From the NCBI GenBank assembly GCA_963851265.1, contig CAWKNZ010000007.1, positions 352,001 through 416,000 of the forward strand: a DNA stretch of 64,000 nt, read 5' to 3'. A model generated the notes under the pieces. It saw only the letters and a program-made list of their open reading frames with translations, ran no database searches and had not been told where the DNA came from. Source of the DNA: an uncultured Gemmatimonadales bacterium (GTDB taxonomy: Bacteria > Gemmatimonadota > Gemmatimonadetes > Gemmatimonadales > Gemmatimonadaceae). This document shows positions 38,626-50,242 of the stretch, in pieces. Every line of letters begins with the position of its first letter. The first letter of the stretch is position 1. Both the position numbers and the translations under genes were made by a program.

Positions 38626-38854
38626 GCGACCTCCCGAAAGGAACGGCTGCGGCGGTGGCCCCGCCGCCGGGCGTGAACGCCGGCCGCGCGCGGCATCCGG
38701 CCGGATGCGCCGCGCCGAGCGTGAATGGCGCGCTACGATACGAATGACCGCCGGATCGCGCAATAGCTGCGAATCGTGACGAAGCCGACGCGGGCGACGC
38801 GTTTCTGACGGTCCGTCCCTAATGGTCCGGCGTTCGGCGGCGCGCGCCGCCCCG

Positions 38855-40204
38855 TCACGCGTCGTCCAGCACCCCGCCGCCGGTCGCGGCGGGCGCGCGC
38901 GCGCCGCCGAGGAAGCGGTCCACGACCGCGTACGCCAGCGCGAGTTCCTCGTCCGTGGTGCAGTACGGCGGTAGCACGTAGCACGCGTCCCCGAGCGGCC
39001 GCAGGAGCACGCCCTCCGCGAGGGCGTACTCGGCGAGCCGGCGGCCCACCGGAGCGAGGTAGCCCTCGCCGCCGTCGTCCGCGAGGTCGAACGCCGCGAC
39101 CGTGCCGAGGACGCGCGCGCCGCGCACGCGCGGGTGCGCGCCTAACGCTGCGAGCTCGCGGCGGTGCGCGGCCTCGATCCGCGCGCGCGCCGCCGCGCAC
39201 GCCGGGTCGCGGAGCAGGGCGAGGCTCGAGAGCGCCGCCGCGCAGGCGACGGGGTTGGCCGTGAACGAGTGCCCGTGAAAGAACGTGCGGCGGCGGTCGT
39301 CGCTCAGGAAGGCGTCGAACAGTTCGCCGCGAACGGCGGTCGCCCCCATCGGAAGGAACCCCCCGGTCAGCCCCTTCGACAGGCAGACGACGTCGGGCTC
39401 CACGCCGGCGCCGCCGCACGCGAAGAGCGGCCCCGTGCGCCCGAACCCGGTCATCACCTCGTCCGCGACGAGGTACACGCCGGCGTCACGGCACCGCGCC
39501 GCGAGCGCGCGCAGCACAGCGGCGTCGTACATCCGCATCCCGGCCGCGCCTAACACGAGCGGCTCGACGACGAGCGCGGCGAGTTCGCCGCGGCGCGCGC
39601 CCAACAACGTGTCGAACGCGGCGAGCGTGCCCTCGGGGTCGCGGCTCGGGTCGGGGAGCCGGGCGACCTCGAAGAGGTGCCCCTCGTACGCCGCGGAGAA
39701 CACGCCCCGCGCGCCGACGCTCATCGCGCCGAACGTGTCACCGTGGTACGCGCCCTCCAGCGCGGCCACGAGGCGGCGCGGACGCCCGCGGTTGTGCCAC
39801 GACTGCAGCGCGATCTTCACGCCGACTTCGACCGCGGTCGACCCGTTGTCCGAGAAGAACACGCGCTCCAACCCCGGCGGCAGCACCGCGGCGAGTTCGG
39901 CCGCGAGTCGAGCGGCCGGGGCGTGCGTGAATCCGGCGAAGATCACCTGCTCGAGCGCGCCCGCCTGCTCGGCGACCGCGCGCGCGATCGCCGGCTCGGC
40001 GTGGCCGTGCAGCGTCACCCACCAGCTCGAGATCGCGTCGAGGATGCGGCGGCCGTCGGCCGCGTGGAGCCAGGCGCCGCGCGCGCCCACGATCTCCACG
40101 GGCGAGGGGGCGTTCCAGTGCTGTGTGTACGGATGCCAGACGTGCCTCGCGTCGAGCGCGAGGACGTCGGGCGCATGCTGACGTTGCGTGTGCATCGGGG
40201 GCAA
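38855..40204 (-). CDS. bioA: adenosylmethionine-8-amino-7-oxononanoate aminotransferase
   Basis: WHPYTQ, SSWWVTLHGH, DNGSTAVE, YHGDTFG, DEVMTGFGRTG, SKGLTGG, HGHS. Confidence 0.95.
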   Translation of the reverse strand: MPPMHTQRQHAPDVLALDARHVWHPYTQHWNAPSPVEIVGARGAWLHAADGRRILDAISSWWVTLHGHAEPAIARAVAEQAGALEQVIFAGFTHAPAARLAAELAAVLPPGLERVFFSDNGSTAVEVGVKIALQSWHNRGRPRRLVAALEGAYHGDTFGAMSVGARGVFSAAYEGHLFEVARLPDPSRDPEGTLAAFDTLLGARRGELAALVVEPLVLGAAGMRMYDAAVLRALAARCRDAGVYLVADEVMTGFGRTGPLFACGGAGVEPDVVCLSKGLTGGFLPMGATAVRGELFDAFLSDDRRRTFFHGHSFTANPVACAAALSSLALLRDPACAAARARIEAAHRRELAALGAHPRVRGARVLGTVAAFDLADDGGEGYLAPVGRRLAEYALAEGVLLRPLGDACYVLPPYCTTDEELALAYAVVDRFLGGARAPAATGGGVLDDA

Positions 40205-40249
40205 AGGCCGGCACGGCCGGCGGGGCGGGAGAGGGCGGCTCGGGCGGTC

Positions 40250-41482
40250 CTACCGCGCGAGCACCGCGGCCACCGCTTCGACCGCCGCGTCGACGTCGGC
40301 GTCGCTGTGCGCCGCGCTGGCGCTGAGCCGGAGCCGTGCCGCGCCCGCGGCGACCGTCGGCGGCCGGATCGCGCCGACGAGCACACCGCGCGCGCGCAGC
40401 GCGTCGCCGGCGCAGGCGGTGCGGCGCGCGTCGCCCACGAGCACGGGAATGATGTGCGCGTCGTCCGCGCCCGGCAGGCGGAGCCCGGCCGCGGCCAGCC
40501 CGGCGCGCAACCGGCGCGCGACCGCGCGCACCCGCTCGCGCCGCCACGGTTCCGCGGCGGCGACGGCGAGCGCCGCGCGCGCGCCCGCCGCGACCGCGGG
40601 CGGGGGCGCGGTCGTGAAGACGAACGACCGCGCGCGGTTGAGCAGCCACTCGCGGAGCGGCCGCGCGCCCGCGACGAACGCCCCGGCCGCGCCGAACGCC
40701 TTGCCTAACGTTCCGACCGTCACGTCCACGGCGCCCTCGACACCGCAGCGCGCCGCGCTCCCGCGCCCGCCGGGCCCGACGACGCCGGTCGCGTGCGCGT
40801 CGTCGACGTACAGGAACGCCCCGTGTCGCCGCACGACCTCCGCCGCCTCGGCGAGCGGGTGCAGGTCGCCGTCCATCGAGTACACGCCCTCGACCACCAC
40901 CCAGCGGCGCCGGAAGCGGCCCGCGTCGGCGCCTAACGCGGCGTCGAGCGCGGCGGGGTCGGCGTGCGGCACCACGCGCACCGCCGCGCCGCCCGCCCGC
41001 GCGAGGCGGCACCCGTCGACGATCGAGGCGTGGTTGAGCGCGTCCGAGTAGATGACGTCGCCGGCGCCGGCGAGCGCGGGGATCGTGCCCGTGTTCGCGG
41101 CGTACCCGCTGGCGAAGCACAGCGCGGCGTCGGCGCCCTTGAGCGCCGCGAGTTCGGCCTCGAGGGCGTGGTACTCGGGGTGATCGCCGCCGATCAGGCG
41201 CGCCGACCCGGCACCGAGCCCCTCGCGGGCGAGCAGCGCGGCGGCGGCCGCGGCGGGGCGCGGGTCGGCCGCGAGCCCGAGGTAGTCGTTGGACGCGAAG
41301 TCGAGCATCCGCGGGCCGGACGTGCGCGCGCGCGGACGGAGCGCGCGCCGCAATCCCGCCGCGTCGAGCGCCGCGAGCTCGGCGTCGAGCTGCGCCGCGA
41401 GCGACGCGTCGGGCGGCAGGTCGGCCGACCGGTCGGCGCGCGGGTCGAACGGCGGCGGGAAGGGTGCGAGAGCATCTGCCAC
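40250..41482 (-). CDS. bioF: 8-amino-7-oxononanoate synthase
   Basis: FASNDYLGL, SGYAAN, NHASIVDG, YSMDGD, DDAHATG, GTLGKAFG, IRPPTV. Confidence 0.93.
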   Translation of the reverse strand: MADALAPFPPPFDPRADRSADLPPDASLAAQLDAELAALDAAGLRRALRPRARTSGPRMLDFASNDYLGLAADPRPAAAAAALLAREGLGAGSARLIGGDHPEYHALEAELAALKGADAALCFASGYAANTGTIPALAGAGDVIYSDALNHASIVDGCRLARAGGAAVRVVPHADPAALDAALGADAGRFRRRWVVVEGVYSMDGDLHPLAEAAEVVRRHGAFLYVDDAHATGVVGPGGRGSAARCGVEGAVDVTVGTLGKAFGAAGAFVAGARPLREWLLNRARSFVFTTAPPPAVAAGARAALAVAAAEPWRRERVRAVARRLRAGLAAAGLRLPGADDAHIIPVLVGDARRTACAGDALRARGVLVGAIRPPTVAAGAARLRLSASAAHSDADVDAAVEAVAAVLAR

Positions 41483-41631
41483 GCGCGGAAGCTACACCAC
41501 CCACGTCGGACGTCCGCACGTGCCGACCGGCGACCCAAACCGCGCGGCCGACGTCCGTGTCGAATCCTCGCCCCAACCGGAAGCGTATGGTGCGCGATCC
41601 CTCCCGCGCGCCCCCCCGATCCCGCGCCAGC

Positions 41632-42707
41632 ATGCGTGTCGCCCCACTCCTCCTTGCCGCCGGAATCTTGCCGGCCGCACTCCGCGCGCAATCCACGGAG
41701 GGTACACGGAGCGGTACACGCTGCGTGGCGACGACGTGGCAGTTTACGACCCCGCCGGCCGCGTGCAGGTGGTCGCGGGGACGGGCGGCGACGTGGTCGT
41801 CGAGGTCACGCGCCGCGGCCGCGACGCGGGGCGCCTGCGCGTCCTCACGGGCGAAGTCCGCGGGCACGATGCGCTGCGCGTGGTCGCGCCCGCGGGCGAC
41901 CTCGTCTATCCCGATCTCTCACGCGGGTCGAACGTCACGCTCCACGTCAACTCCGACGGCACGTTCGGGGGAAACCAGGGCGGCGGCCTGTTCGGCCACT
42001 TCACCTCGGACGACCTCACGATCCGCCGCGACGGGCGTGGCGTCGAGGCGTCGGCCGACGTGACGGTCTACGCGCCGGCGGGCCGCCGACTGACCGTGCG
42101 CCTCGGTGCGGGCGCCGCCAGCGCGCGCGACGTCGACGGCGATCTCACGTTGACTGCCGTCGCGGGCCAGGTCGCCACCGAACGCACCCGCGGTCGCCTC
42201 GTCGTCTCGGCGGGCAGCGGTCCGGTGCGCGTGCGGGATGCGCAGGGTCAGGAGGTCAACCTCGACACCGGATCCGGCGGCGTCGACGTGCGCGGCGTGC
42301 GCGCCGACCGCGTGCGCGTGGACGCGGGCTCGGGCAGCGTCAGCGGCGGCGAGATCGAGACGGGCGACGCCGCCATCGACGTCGGGTCGGGCGGCTTGCG
42401 GCTCGAACGGCTGCGTGCGCGCACGCTCAAGCTCGACGCAGGGAGCGGAAGCGTGGAGGTCGAACTCGCCGGCACGGTCGACAGCGCTCGGATCGACGCG
42501 GGGTCGGGCGGAATCATCCTGCGCCTGCCGCCGACGCTGGGCGCGACGCTCGATGTGGAAGCCGGGAGCGGCGGAATCCACACCGAGATCCCGGTGCAGG
42601 TGACGCGCACCGAGCGGACCCACCTGACCGGGCGCGTCGGGGACGGGCGTGGTCGGATCGTGATCGACGCAGGGTCGGGCGGCGTGAGAATCGGGGCGGC
42701 GCGGTAA
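41632..42707 (+). pseudogene. exported DUF4097-like beta-strand repeat (adhesin-like) protein, frameshifted near 41700
   Basis: Signal peptide MRVAPLLLAAGILPAALRAQ in one frame and repeated D(A/T/V)GSG units in another. An 11-nt imperfect duplication at 41695-41717 accounts for the shift. Confidence 0.7.
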
Positions 42708-42760
42708 TGCGGCGTCGGCCTCGGCAGTCGATCGGTCCGCCGAATCCTCGACGAGGCACG

Positions 42761-42790
42761 AAAAACCCCCCGGCCGAGGGCCGGGGGGTT
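42761..42790 (-). terminator. intrinsic terminator downstream of the L31 gene (may also serve the convergent gene)
   Basis: AACCCCCCGGCC-GAG-GGCCGGGGGGTT stem-loop with an A5 run, read as a U-tract on the minus strand. Confidence 0.85.
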
Positions 42791-42824
42791 CAGCGTCGCC
42801 GTCGCGCGTGGCGCGACTAACCTC

Positions 42825-43067
42825 TCAACGCCCGTAACGCTTCTTGAACTTGTCGACGCGTCCCTGCGTGTCCACGAGCCGCTGCTCGCCCGTGTAGAAC
42901 GGGTGCGACATGTTCGTGATTTCGAGCGGGATCACCGGATACTCGTTGCCGTCGGAGAGCCGGATCTTCTGCTCGCTCGTCATCGTCGAGCGCGTGACGA
43001 TGAGCTGACCGTTGGACAGGTCCTTGAAGACCACGGGGTGGTAGAGCGGATGCGTGTCGTTCTTCAT
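42825..43067 (-). CDS. rpmE2: 50S ribosomal protein L31, type B (no zinc-binding cysteines)
   Basis: MKNDTHPLYHPVVFKD..SHPFYTG..GRVDKFKKRY; 80 aa; AGGA upstream. Confidence 0.93.
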   Translation of the reverse strand: MKNDTHPLYHPVVFKDLSNGQLIVTRSTMTSEQKIRLSDGNEYPVIPLEITNMSHPFYTGEQRLVDTQGRVDKFKKRYGR

Positions 43068-43241
43068 ATGAGTCCTGCGGTCGCCCGCGGCACGTGGCAG
43101 AATTGATGTCGGCGGCCGGAGGCCAACCGCGCGCAGCCAACGAACATAACGAAAGCGCAGGCGGTTCTCCACTCCCGTTCGCGCTCGAGGACCGTCGCGA
43201 CGCTGGACGGGTCTCGCCGTCGCGGACGAGGCTGCGCCGAC

Positions 43242-43697
43242 TCAGCGCGTGCGGGTGACGGCCGCGGCCGCCCGCACGACCGTCGTCATTTCGGCGCGCA
43301 CGACCTCCCGGCCGTCGACCGTCGCACGTCCAACGGTGCGGCAGATCCCCCGCTTGAACTGGCGGAGGGTGACCTCGAGCCGCAGCTCGTCGCCGGGCAC
43401 CGCGCCCCCACGACAGCGGACGCGGTCGAACCCCATGAAGTACGCGACGGTCGTCGCCGGATCGCCGGCCATGCCCAGGAGCAGCGCGCCGGAGGTTTGA
43501 GCGAGCGCCTCGATCACGAGCGCGGCCGGCATGGCGCGCACGTCGTCGGCGCGCCCGCGCATGAACCATTCGTCGGCCGTGACTCGCTTGACTCCGACCA
43601 CCCGCACCCCCGGGTCGAGTGCGACGATCCGGTCGACGAGCAGGAACGGATACCGGTGCGCGAGGAGCCCGAGCAGGTCCGTGCCGACGTCCCTCAG
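43242..43697 (-). CDS. FabZ-like hot-dog fold protein (start uncertain)
   Basis: LAHRYPFLLVDRI, MPAALVIEALAQ, VPGDEL. The GHFP motif is absent. Confidence 0.8.
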   Translation of the reverse strand: MRDVGTDLLGLLAHRYPFLLVDRIVALDPGVRVVGVKRVTADEWFMRGRADDVRAMPAALVIEALAQTSGALLLGMAGDPATTVAYFMGFDRVRCRGGAVPGDELRLEVTLRQFKRGICRTVGRATVDGREVVRAEMTTVVRAAAAVTRTR

Positions 43698-44239
43698 GGC
43701 GCGCCGCCTTCGCCGGCGAGCTCGACGCGCCACTCGATGCGCAGCGCCGGGTCGAGCGAGTCGCGCACCGAGCAGTACTTCGTGACGGCAAGCTCTACTG
43801 CGCGTTCGGCATGCGCGCGTTCGATCCCCGCGCCGGCCATCGAGTACACGAGCGCGACGTGCGTGAGGCGACCCGGCGTGCCCTGAAAGCGCTCGCCTTC
43901 CACGTCGATCGACAGCGACTCGAGCGGGGTGCGGCGCTTGGCGAGGATGTCGACCACGTCGACCGCGGTGCACGCCGCGAGTGCCGCAAGCAGCGCGTCG
44001 ACCGGGCTCGGCCCCGACCGTCCACTCGAGTCGAGCCGCACGGCGGGCCCGCCCGGGCGGCCGGCGTCGAACACGTGGTGGCCTTCCCAACGCACCGCCA
44101 CACGGGCCGGGGCGCGCGTGGTCGACGCGTTCGACACAACCGCCGGAGCGGCTGTGGCCGTGGCCGGATCGGCGACCGCGGGGGCAGCCGTCGGAACGTC
44201 GCCGCCCGGGGTGGCGGGGCTCGTCGGGTCGACCACCAT
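43694..44239 (-). CDS. OsmC family protein
   Basis: GPSPVDALLAALAACTAVDV and KYCSV; TGATG overlap with the sulfurtransferase stop. Confidence 0.85.
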   Translation of the reverse strand: MVVDPTSPATPGGDVPTAAPAVADPATATAAPAVVSNASTTRAPARVAVRWEGHHVFDAGRPGGPAVRLDSSGRSGPSPVDALLAALAACTAVDVVDILAKRRTPLESLSIDVEGERFQGTPGRLTHVALVYSMAGAGIERAHAERAVELAVTKYCSVRDSLDPALRIEWRVELAGEGGAP

Positions 44240-45150
44240 CAGCGGGCGTCTCCGGTGGCCGCCGCCGGCCCGACTTCGATGGGCGCACGGACCGCGTTCC
44301 CCCACTCGGTCCACGACCCGTCGTAGTTGCGCACGCGGTCGTAGCCGAGGAGATAGGTGAGCACGAACCAGGTGTGACTCGACCGCTCGCCGATGCGGCA
44401 GTACGTGACCACGTCATCGCCCGGCGCCAGCCCGGCCTCGCCCTCGTAGATCGCGCGGAGCGCGTCGGCCGGTTTGAACGAGCCGTCCGCGTCGGCTGCG
44501 CGGGCCCAGGGCACGCTGCGCGCTCCGGGGATGTGGCCGCCGCGGAGCGCGCCCTCCTGCGGGTAATCGGGCATGTGCGTGCGTTCGCCGGTGAACTCGG
44601 GAGTCGATCGCACGTCGATCATCGGGCGGCCCGCGCGCATGTGGTCCATCACGTCGTCGCGGAATGCCCGCGCGGCCGCGTCGTCGCGCTCGGGCGCGGA
44701 GTAGTCACTCGGTGCGAACGTCGCTCGTTCCTCGGTCATCGGGCGGCCCTCGGCCTCCCACTTCGCCCGACCGCCGTCCATCACGCGCGCGTTCGCGAAC
44801 CCGAACAGGCGGAACACCCAGAACGCGTACGTCGCCCACCAGTTGTTCTTGTCGCCGTAGAACACGACGGTGTGCGAGTCGTCGACACCGAGGCGCCGCA
44901 CGAGGGCCTCGAACTGGGTGCGATCGACGTAGTCGCGAACGACGGCATCGTTCAGGTCGGCGTGCCAGTCGAGCTTCTGCGCCCCGGGGACGTGTGCGAG
45001 GTCGTACAGGAGCACGTCCTCGTCGCTCTCGAGCAGGCGGAGCGCGGGGTCGTCGAGGTGCGCGGCGACCCACTCGGTCGAGACGAGCGCTTCCGGGTGC
45101 GCGTAGCCCTTGGCGGCGACGGCAGGGTCGAGCACGGTGTTCGTGGGCAT
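44239..45150 (-). CDS. tandem-domain rhodanese / thiosulfate sulfurtransferase
   Basis: LVSTEW, HVPGA, GHIPGA, active loop [17 protein letters not shown]. Confidence 0.92.
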   Translation of the reverse strand: MPTNTVLDPAVAAKGYAHPEALVSTEWVAAHLDDPALRLLESDEDVLLYDLAHVPGAQKLDWHADLNDAVVRDYVDRTQFEALVRRLGVDDSHTVVFYGDKNNWWATYAFWVFRLFGFANARVMDGGRAKWEAEGRPMTEERATFAPSDYSAPERDDAAARAFRDDVMDHMRAGRPMIDVRSTPEFTGERTHMPDYPQEGALRGGHIPGARSVPWARAADADGSFKPADALRAIYEGEAGLAPGDDVVTYCRIGERSSHTWFVLTYLLGYDRVRNYDGSWTEWGNAVRAPIEVGPAAATGDAR

Positions 45151-45322
45151 CCGCGGAAGTTAGCCGCGGCGTGGGGCGCGCGTCCGACGCGGGCGGGACG
45201 GCGCGCCGTTTCGCAGGCCGCGCTGTACCTTTTCACGCCACGGCCGCACGCCCGCCCGGCACGTCGCTGCCGGGGCGGCCGAGGCCGCGCCACGCCACAC
45301 TTCTATCTCCGTCGACCGCTCG

Positions 45323-46513
45323 ATGCCCGTCGTGCACTCCCGCTCCGCCGCCGTCCTCCTCGCCGCCGCATGTGCCGCGGCGTGTGCCACCGCCCAGGCA
45401 GGTGCCCAGAGCTCGTCCGCCGCGAACGGGTCGGCGCGCCAGCAGCCCGGCGTGACGCGGGCGCCGTTCGGCGCGCTGCCAGACGGGCGCGCGGTCGAGC
45501 GGTTCACGCTGACCAACGCGCACGGCATCACGCTGCAGGCGATAACGTACGGCGCGATCATCACCACGCTGCGCACGCCCGACCGCGCGGGCCACCTCGA
45601 CGACATCGTCCTCGGCTTCGACAGCGCCGCGGGCTACCCGCTCGGCAAGTCGCCCTACTTTGGCGCGGTCGTCGGCCGCTACGCCAACCGCGTCGCGAAC
45701 GGGCGCTTCACGGTCGACGGGCAGACGTACCAGCTGGCGCGCAACGACGGGCCCAACACGCTCCACGGCGGGCTCGTGGGCTTCGACAAGCAGATCTGGA
45801 CGGGGCAGCCGTTTCGACACGGCGACAGCGTGGGCGTCACGTTCAGCCGCGTGAGCGCGGACAAGGAAGAGAACTTCCCCGGCAACCTGACGACGCGCGT
45901 GACCTACACGCTCACGCCGCGGGACCAGCTCGTGATCGACTACGTGGCGACCACCGACCGCGCCACGCCGGTCAACATGTCGCAGCACACCTACTGGAAC
46001 CTCGGCGGCGCGGGCAGCGGGACCATCAACAACGAGGTCATCGCGATCGACGCGTCGTCGTACACGCCGGTGGACTCGACGCTGATCCCGACGGGCGAGA
46101 TCGCGCCGGTGGCGGGGACGCCGTTCGACTTCCGCAAGCCGACCGCGATCGGCGCGCGCGTGGGGCAGACCAACACGCAGCTGCGCTACGGCAAGGGCTA
46201 CGATCACAACTGGGTGCTCGACCGCGGCGGCCGGACGGGGCTCGTGCACGCGGCGCGCGTCGTCGACTCCGCCTCCGGCCGGACGCTCGACGTCGCGACC
46301 ACGGAACCGGGCCTCCAGTTCTACGGCGGCAACTTCCTCGACGGCACGATCCGCGGGAAGGGCGGGCGCGTGTACGCCTACCGGTCGGCTCTGGCGCTCG
46401 AGACGCAGCACTTCCCCGACTCGCCGAACCACGCGAATTTCCCGAGCACGATCCTGCGCCCCGGCACCACGCTGCGGTCGCGGACGGTGTTCACGTTCGG
46501 CACCACGCGTTAG
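45323..46513 (+). CDS. galM: aldose 1-epimerase (galactose mutarotase) with a signal peptide
   Basis: GRYANR, LHGG, HTYWNL, GYDHN, PGLQFY, LETQHFPDSPN. Confidence 0.92.
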   Translation: MPVVHSRSAAVLLAAACAAACATAQAGAQSSSAANGSARQQPGVTRAPFGALPDGRAVERFTLTNAHGITLQAITYGAIITTLRTPDRAGHLDDIVLGFDSAAGYPLGKSPYFGAVVGRYANRVANGRFTVDGQTYQLARNDGPNTLHGGLVGFDKQIWTGQPFRHGDSVGVTFSRVSADKEENFPGNLTTRVTYTLTPRDQLVIDYVATTDRATPVNMSQHTYWNLGGAGSGTINNEVIAIDASSYTPVDSTLIPTGEIAPVAGTPFDFRKPTAIGARVGQTNTQLRYGKGYDHNWVLDRGGRTGLVHAARVVDSASGRTLDVATTEPGLQFYGGNFLDGTIRGKGGRVYAYRSALALETQHFPDSPNHANFPSTILRPGTTLRSRTVFTFGTTR

Positions 46514-46522
46514 GCATCTCCG

Positions 46523-47619
46523 ATGGCCGACGCACCCTCCGGTAATCCCCCCGGGCCCTCGCTGCAGAGCCTCGCCGAGCGTCCGCACCGCCGGCACAAC
46601 CCACTCACGGGCGAGTGGGTGCTCGTCTCGCCGCACCGCACGCAGCGCCCGTGGCAGGGGCAGGTCGAGACCACGGCCGCGGCCGCGCGGCCGCGGTACG
46701 ACCCCACGTGCTACCTCTGCCCGGGCAACGTGCGCGCGAACGGCGAGCGCAACCCGGACTACCCGGGCACGTTCGTCTTCACGAACGACTACGCCGCGCT
46801 GATGCCCGCCGACGACGCGACGCCCGCGGCGCCCGTGGTCGTCGACGCGGGGCACCTGCTGCGGGCGGAGGCGGAGACTGGGACCTGCCGCGTGCTCTGC
46901 TTCTCGCCGCGGCACGACCTCACGCTCGCGACGTTAGGCACGCCGGCCGTGCGCCGGGTCGTCGACGTGTGGGCCGAGCAGACGGCGGAGCTCGGGGCGC
47001 GTCCCGACATCGGCCACGTGCAGCTGTTCGAGAACCGCGGCGAGATGATGGGCGCGAGCAACCCGCACCCGCACGGCCAGCTGTGGGCCCAGCGGCACGT
47101 GCCGCTGCACACCGCGGGCGAGCTGGTGCGCCAGGGCGAGTACCACGCGCGGCACGGGCGCCCGCTGCTCGCCGACTACCTCGCCGCGGAGGAGCGGCTC
47201 GGGGAGCGCGTCGTGGTGGCCAACGACGAGTGGGTCGCGCTCGTGCCGTTCTGGGCGGTGTGGCCGTTCGAAACGCTCGTGCTGCCGCGGCGCGCCGCGT
47301 CGTCGCTTCCGGAGCTGGACGCCGCCGCGCGCGACGGGCTGGCCGACGTGCTCTCGCGCCTCACCGCGACCTACGACCGCGTGTTCGACGTGCCGTTCCC
47401 GTACTCGATGGGCGTCCATCAGGCGCCCACGGACGGCGCCCGACGGCCCGAGTGCACGGTGCACCTGCACTTCTACCCGCCCCTCCTTCGCTCGGCGACG
47501 GTGCGCAAGTTCCTCGTCGGCTACGAGATGCTCGGCGAGCCTCAGCGCGACCTCACGCCGGAGAGCGCGGCGGAGCGGCTGCGCGCGCTCGCGACGCGAC
47601 CCGCCACGACCAACGTCCC

Positions 47620-47623
<4 letters not shown>
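46523..47623 (+). CDS. galT: galactose-1-phosphate uridylyltransferase
   Basis: [38 protein letters not shown]. Confidence 0.95.
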
Positions 47624-48801
<1,178 letters not shown>

Positions 48802-48853
48802 GCTCGTGCCGCCGACCCCGCCTGCGCTCCCCACGTCGCTTCCCGTCATCCTG

Positions 48854-50110
48854 ATGCCCACGTTTTTGTCCGCCCGACGCGCCGCCTGTGGCGCGCTCGC
48901 CACCATCCTCCTTGCGGTCGCGCCGGCCGCACGCGCGGGCGCCCAGGGCGTTGCCACGCCGCGGCCGCCGCGCGACACGCGCCCGAGCGCGACCACGCTG
49001 CAAGTCGCTGGGGCCGCCGCTGACGGCCAGTGGACGCCGGCGCACGCGCGCGCGTGGTACGACTCCGTCGGCTGGGTGGCGGGGAGCAACTTCCTGCCGA
49101 GCACGGCGAGCAACGAGCTCGAGATGTGGCAGGCCGCGACCTGGGATCCTGCGACGATCGACAAGGAACTCGGCTACGCGGAATCGCTCGGCATGAACAC
49201 GATGCGCGTGTTCCTGCACGACCTCGCCTACAAGCAGGACCCGCAGGGCTTCTTATCGCGCGTCGACCAGTTTCTGGCGATCGCCGACAAGCACCACATC
49301 CGCCCGATGCTGGTGTTGTTCGACGCGTGCTGGGATCCGTTCCCGCACGCCGGGCCGCAGCGGCAGCCGTACCCGTGGGTACACAACTCGACGTGGGTGC
49401 AGAGCCCCGGCGTCGCGATCCTCAGCGACACCAGCAAGCACGACTCCCTGCGTCCGTACGTGACCGCGGTGGTCGGACGTTTCGCGCGCGACCGCCGCGT
49501 CCTCGCGTGGGACGTGATGAACGAGCCGGACAACATCAACCGGCCGGCATACTTCATCTTCGAACCGCGTAACAAGGGCGACTACTCGCTCGCGCTGCTC
49601 AAGAAGGCGTTCGGGTGGGCGCGGTCGGTGGGCGTGACGCAGCCGCTGACGACGGGGCCGTGGAAGGGCGACTACGCCGACACCGCCACGATGTTGCCGA
49701 TCACGCGCTGGCAGCTCGAGCACTCGGACGTGATCACGTTCCACAGCTACGACGAGCTGCCGCGCACGCGCCAGCTCATCGCGGCGCTGCGCCGGTACAA
49801 CCGGCCGATCATCCTCAGCGAGTACATGGCCCGCCCGGTCGGCAGCACGTTCCAGACGCATCTTCCGGTGCTCGCGACCGAACACGTGGGCGCGATCAAC
49901 TGGGGCTTCGTGCAGGGTCGCTCACAGACGATCATGCCGTGGGATTCGTGGACCCGCGAGTACACGGGCGAGCCGCCGGTGTGGTTCCACGACATCTTCC
50001 GCACGGACGGCACGCCGTACCGGTCGGAGGAGGTCGCGCTGATCCGGCAGGTGACCGGCGCGAACGTGAAGGGCGCCGCGAGGCGGTCGGCGGCGACGCG
50101 CGGCAACTGA
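48854..50110 (+). CDS. exported clan GH-A (GH5-like) glycoside hydrolase
   Basis: Signal peptide; GMNTMRVFLH, WDVMNEP (acid/base), FHSY, LSEY (nucleophile). Confidence 0.8.
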   Translation: MPTFLSARRAACGALATILLAVAPAARAGAQGVATPRPPRDTRPSATTLQVAGAAADGQWTPAHARAWYDSVGWVAGSNFLPSTASNELEMWQAATWDPATIDKELGYAESLGMNTMRVFLHDLAYKQDPQGFLSRVDQFLAIADKHHIRPMLVLFDACWDPFPHAGPQRQPYPWVHNSTWVQSPGVAILSDTSKHDSLRPYVTAVVGRFARDRRVLAWDVMNEPDNINRPAYFIFEPRNKGDYSLALLKKAFGWARSVGVTQPLTTGPWKGDYADTATMLPITRWQLEHSDVITFHSYDELPRTRQLIAALRRYNRPIILSEYMARPVGSTFQTHLPVLATEHVGAINWGFVQGRSQTIMPWDSWTREYTGEPPVWFHDIFRTDGTPYRSEEVALIRQVTGANVKGAARRSAATRGN

Positions 50111-50242
50111 CCGGGCGGCCTCGTCGCGGGTCATACGCTCACCGCCGCGGGAAGGACGAGGCCTTGAGATCGCCATTTCCGCGCGCGCCGGTCTGCGCTG
50201 CGGGGCGGATGCCGGGTCGATTGGCGGGTGTACCTTCCACGG

